The translations under genes were made by a program, and so were the position numbers. A DNA stretch of 64,000 nt from an uncultured bacterium. Its GTDB lineage: Bacteria > Babelota > Babeliae > Babelales > Babelaceae. Of the stretch, positions 62,056-64,000 are shown piece by piece. Each line of letters opens with the position of its first letter. The first letter of the stretch is position 1. The notes under the pieces are model-generated. The model was not told the origin of the DNA and made no database searches. It saw nothing but the letters and a program-made list of their open reading frames with translations. Location: assembly GCA_963819815.1 (NCBI GenBank), contig CAWFXL010000001.1, forward strand, positions 832,001-896,000, read 5' to 3'.

Positions 62056-62589
62056 ATGCAGAAAAAAAAGATTGTCTTACTCATAGCCCATGATCAGTAC
62101 CAGCCAATAGAATATGGGGTTACCAAAGCGATACTCGCCAAAGAACCTACCTTTACCATTATCACCGCAAGCACGAAACCTGGGATAGCAAAGGCAACCG
62201 ACTCTTCCACTACCGAAGTTGATATGACTCTTAACCAACTTGATGTAGCTGCGATTGATGGACTCTTTCTCATTGGAGGATCAGGAGCTCTTGATGACCT
62301 GGATATCCCTGCTGTACATACGCTGCTTCAAGAGATGATGGATCTTCATAAGCCCTTTGGGGCAATATGCATATCATCTCGTATCTTAGCTAAAGCGGGC
62401 GTTCTTGGTGGCAAAAGAGCAACAGGCTGGGACGATGATCACAAGCTCGAAGATATCTTCCGGAAACATGCGGTGATCTACACAAAAGAACCAGTAACGG
62501 TAGATGGAAACATTGTGACTGCAACTGGACCTCAAGCTGCTGACGAGTTTGCCTGGAAGATCACCAAGGTGATGCTTGAGGATTGCTAA
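62056..62589 (+). CDS. DJ-1/PfpI-family protein
   Basis: YQPIEY, LIGGSG, GAICIS, VDGNIVTATGP. Confidence 0.92.
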   Translation: MQKKKIVLLIAHDQYQPIEYGVTKAILAKEPTFTIITASTKPGIAKATDSSTTEVDMTLNQLDVAAIDGLFLIGGSGALDDLDIPAVHTLLQEMMDLHKPFGAICISSRILAKAGVLGGKRATGWDDDHKLEDIFRKHAVIYTKEPVTVDGNIVTATGPQAADEFAWKITKVMLEDC

Positions 62590-62859
62590 ACTAAATGGTA
62601 AAAAAACCTCGGAATTATTCGTCTTTCAAAACTAGTAGAACCAATCATGGGACCATTCTAGATCGATGCTTTCATAGCTTCCTTAATTTTTTGTATTTCT
62701 CGATACTTGGCGGGACAAATCGAAAAAATTGTATGATTCCGGCATACTTCAAAGTACTCGTATCTACGAATTTTCTTGCTAGACTCCACCTCAGGCATGG
62801 TAGCAAGTTTGATGTTGATAGATATCCAAAAAGCACTGTTCTTGATGAGGACGATTACC

Positions 62860-64000
62860 TTAACCCTTGAGAATCTCCCGAGTTTCCTGTTTATAAAGCT
62901 CCACCGCAGGTTGATCAAAAGGATTAATATCGAGCAGCTTAGCAAGAAGCATCGTCTCTACCATCTTTTGGATGAGAAACGCTCCCATGCTTTCTTCCGT
63001 TTGCTCAAGCCCTTGCACCACTGAAGGTCTTTTCTGCTTCTTAAAGGCAGCTATGGTACCCTGAACGATAGCCGATTTAACTGCTGTCAGAGGGCGCTTA
63101 GAAAGACCTGGCACGAGGGCGCTTAAGGAATTTGAAGGGATGGTAAGATCCATCGGCTCATCTTCAAAAAAAAGGAAACTCGTAAATATACTACGAGGCC
63201 CAGCAAGATAGAGCTGCGCAACTGAATGGAGGTCTGTCGTACCTAAGGAAACAACTGGGGTAAATCCTACTTCAACAAGCTTACCTTCGGTAGAATCCTG
63301 CTTCCCTAGACTCTCCCCAATTAACTGTTTATACCAGTGGCCAAGAAGAACTAAATAGGGAGAAAAGACAAAAAGATTATGGATCGTATATCCCGCCCTA
63401 TAATGGAGATATAAGGCACGCGCAGTCTGTGCCGTTTCATTCACTTCATTTGCTATTAGCGCTGTTCTAAGGGCGCGAGCAGCACCCTTACACAAGCTTC
63501 GTACATCTATCCCAAGCATCATTAAGGGAAACAGGCCTACGGGGGTAAAAACAGAATACCTGCCACCTACCTGCTTGGGAATCTCAAGGAGCGCATATCT
63601 TTCCTGTTCTGCCAGCACATATAAAGGAGAATCTTTGTCGGTGATAACTACCACATACTGGTGGTAGTCCTTAGGAAAGAACTCTTTAAGAACCTCTAAA
63701 AAGAGTGCTCCGTTGATGATACTCTCAGGAGTTGTACCGGACTTGGTAACGATACAAAGAATGGCCCGCTGCCCACTCTCTAAGTTTCTCCGAAACTGAG
63801 CAATAAGCGTGCTTGTATACCGTTCATCGATCGTATCAGCACAGGCAAACTCAAGATCATTTTTCTTCCCAAGGGCATGCATAACCCCCAGAGTTCCCAT
63901 GTTAGACCCACCAATACCCACGAGCATAAGTAATGAGGGATGCAATGCCTGCATCTTTTTTACCAGCTCATGAACCGGCTCGAGGGGCTTTGGGTCAACA
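62860..64000 (-). CDS. pgi: Glucose-6-phosphate isomerase (5' end outside window)
   Basis: GIGGSNMG, KSGTTPE, VGGRYSV, ESLGK, TDLHS, NPFDQPAVE. Confidence 0.93.
   Translation of the reverse strand, partial: VDPKPLEPVHELVKKMQALHPSLLMLVGIGGSNMGTLGVMHALGKKNDLEFACADTIDERYTSTLIAQFRRNLESGQRAILCIVTKSGTTPESIINGALFLEVLKEFFPKDYHQYVVVITDKDSPLYVLAEQERYALLEIPKQVGGRYSVFTPVGLFPLMMLGIDVRSLCKGAARALRTALIANEVNETAQTARALYLHYRAGYTIHNLFVFSPYLVLLGHWYKQLIGESLGKQDSTEGKLVEVGFTPVVSLGTTDLHSVAQLYLAGPRSIFTSFLFFEDEPMDLTIPSNSLSALVPGLSKRPLTAVKSAIVQGTIAAFKKQKRPSVVQGLEQTEESMGAFLIQKMVETMLLAKLLDINPFDQPAVELYKQETREILKG

Noticed and set aside
62595..63024. Short ORFs between DJ-1 and pgi
   Set aside because: They overlap each other or pgi and have no motifs.

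Overview
64 kb of an AT-rich bacterial chromosome. It mixes housekeeping genes (prfB, hinT, four tRNAs, tgt, mraY, mnmG-lgt-dnaG-rpoD, tkt, pgi) with many lineage-specific secreted proteins (ankyrin repeats, PP2C phosphatase, AAA ATPases, beta-helix proteins, Cys-rich peptides) and amino-acid/queuine scavenging transporters. This mix suggests a protist-associated intracellular bacterium, most like Dependentiae (TM6/Babeliae); that placement is an inference. Main discoveries: (1) an unannotated ribosome-dependent transcription attenuator with a 45-aa Tyr-rich, apparently leaderless leader peptide (SYSYSYYY), an antiterminator and a terminator, upstream of an ilvE-like aminotransferase plus Trp/Tyr-type ABC transporter operon; (2) two direct-repeat arrays of 33-bp units flanking an AAA_14/DUF4143 ATPase gene, one overlapping its promoter; (3) three receptor-like single-pass membrane paralogs with Ser/Thr stalks and ITIM-like Tyr tails; (4) five beta-helix paralogs, each with a conserved 5' hairpin and a covarying 3' palindrome; (5) a secreted ATAD3-like ATPase and a multicopper-oxidase homolog lacking most copper ligands. 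Several genes are split by single-base indels that may be assembly errors. No rRNA, CRISPR array, integrase or intact IS was seen.
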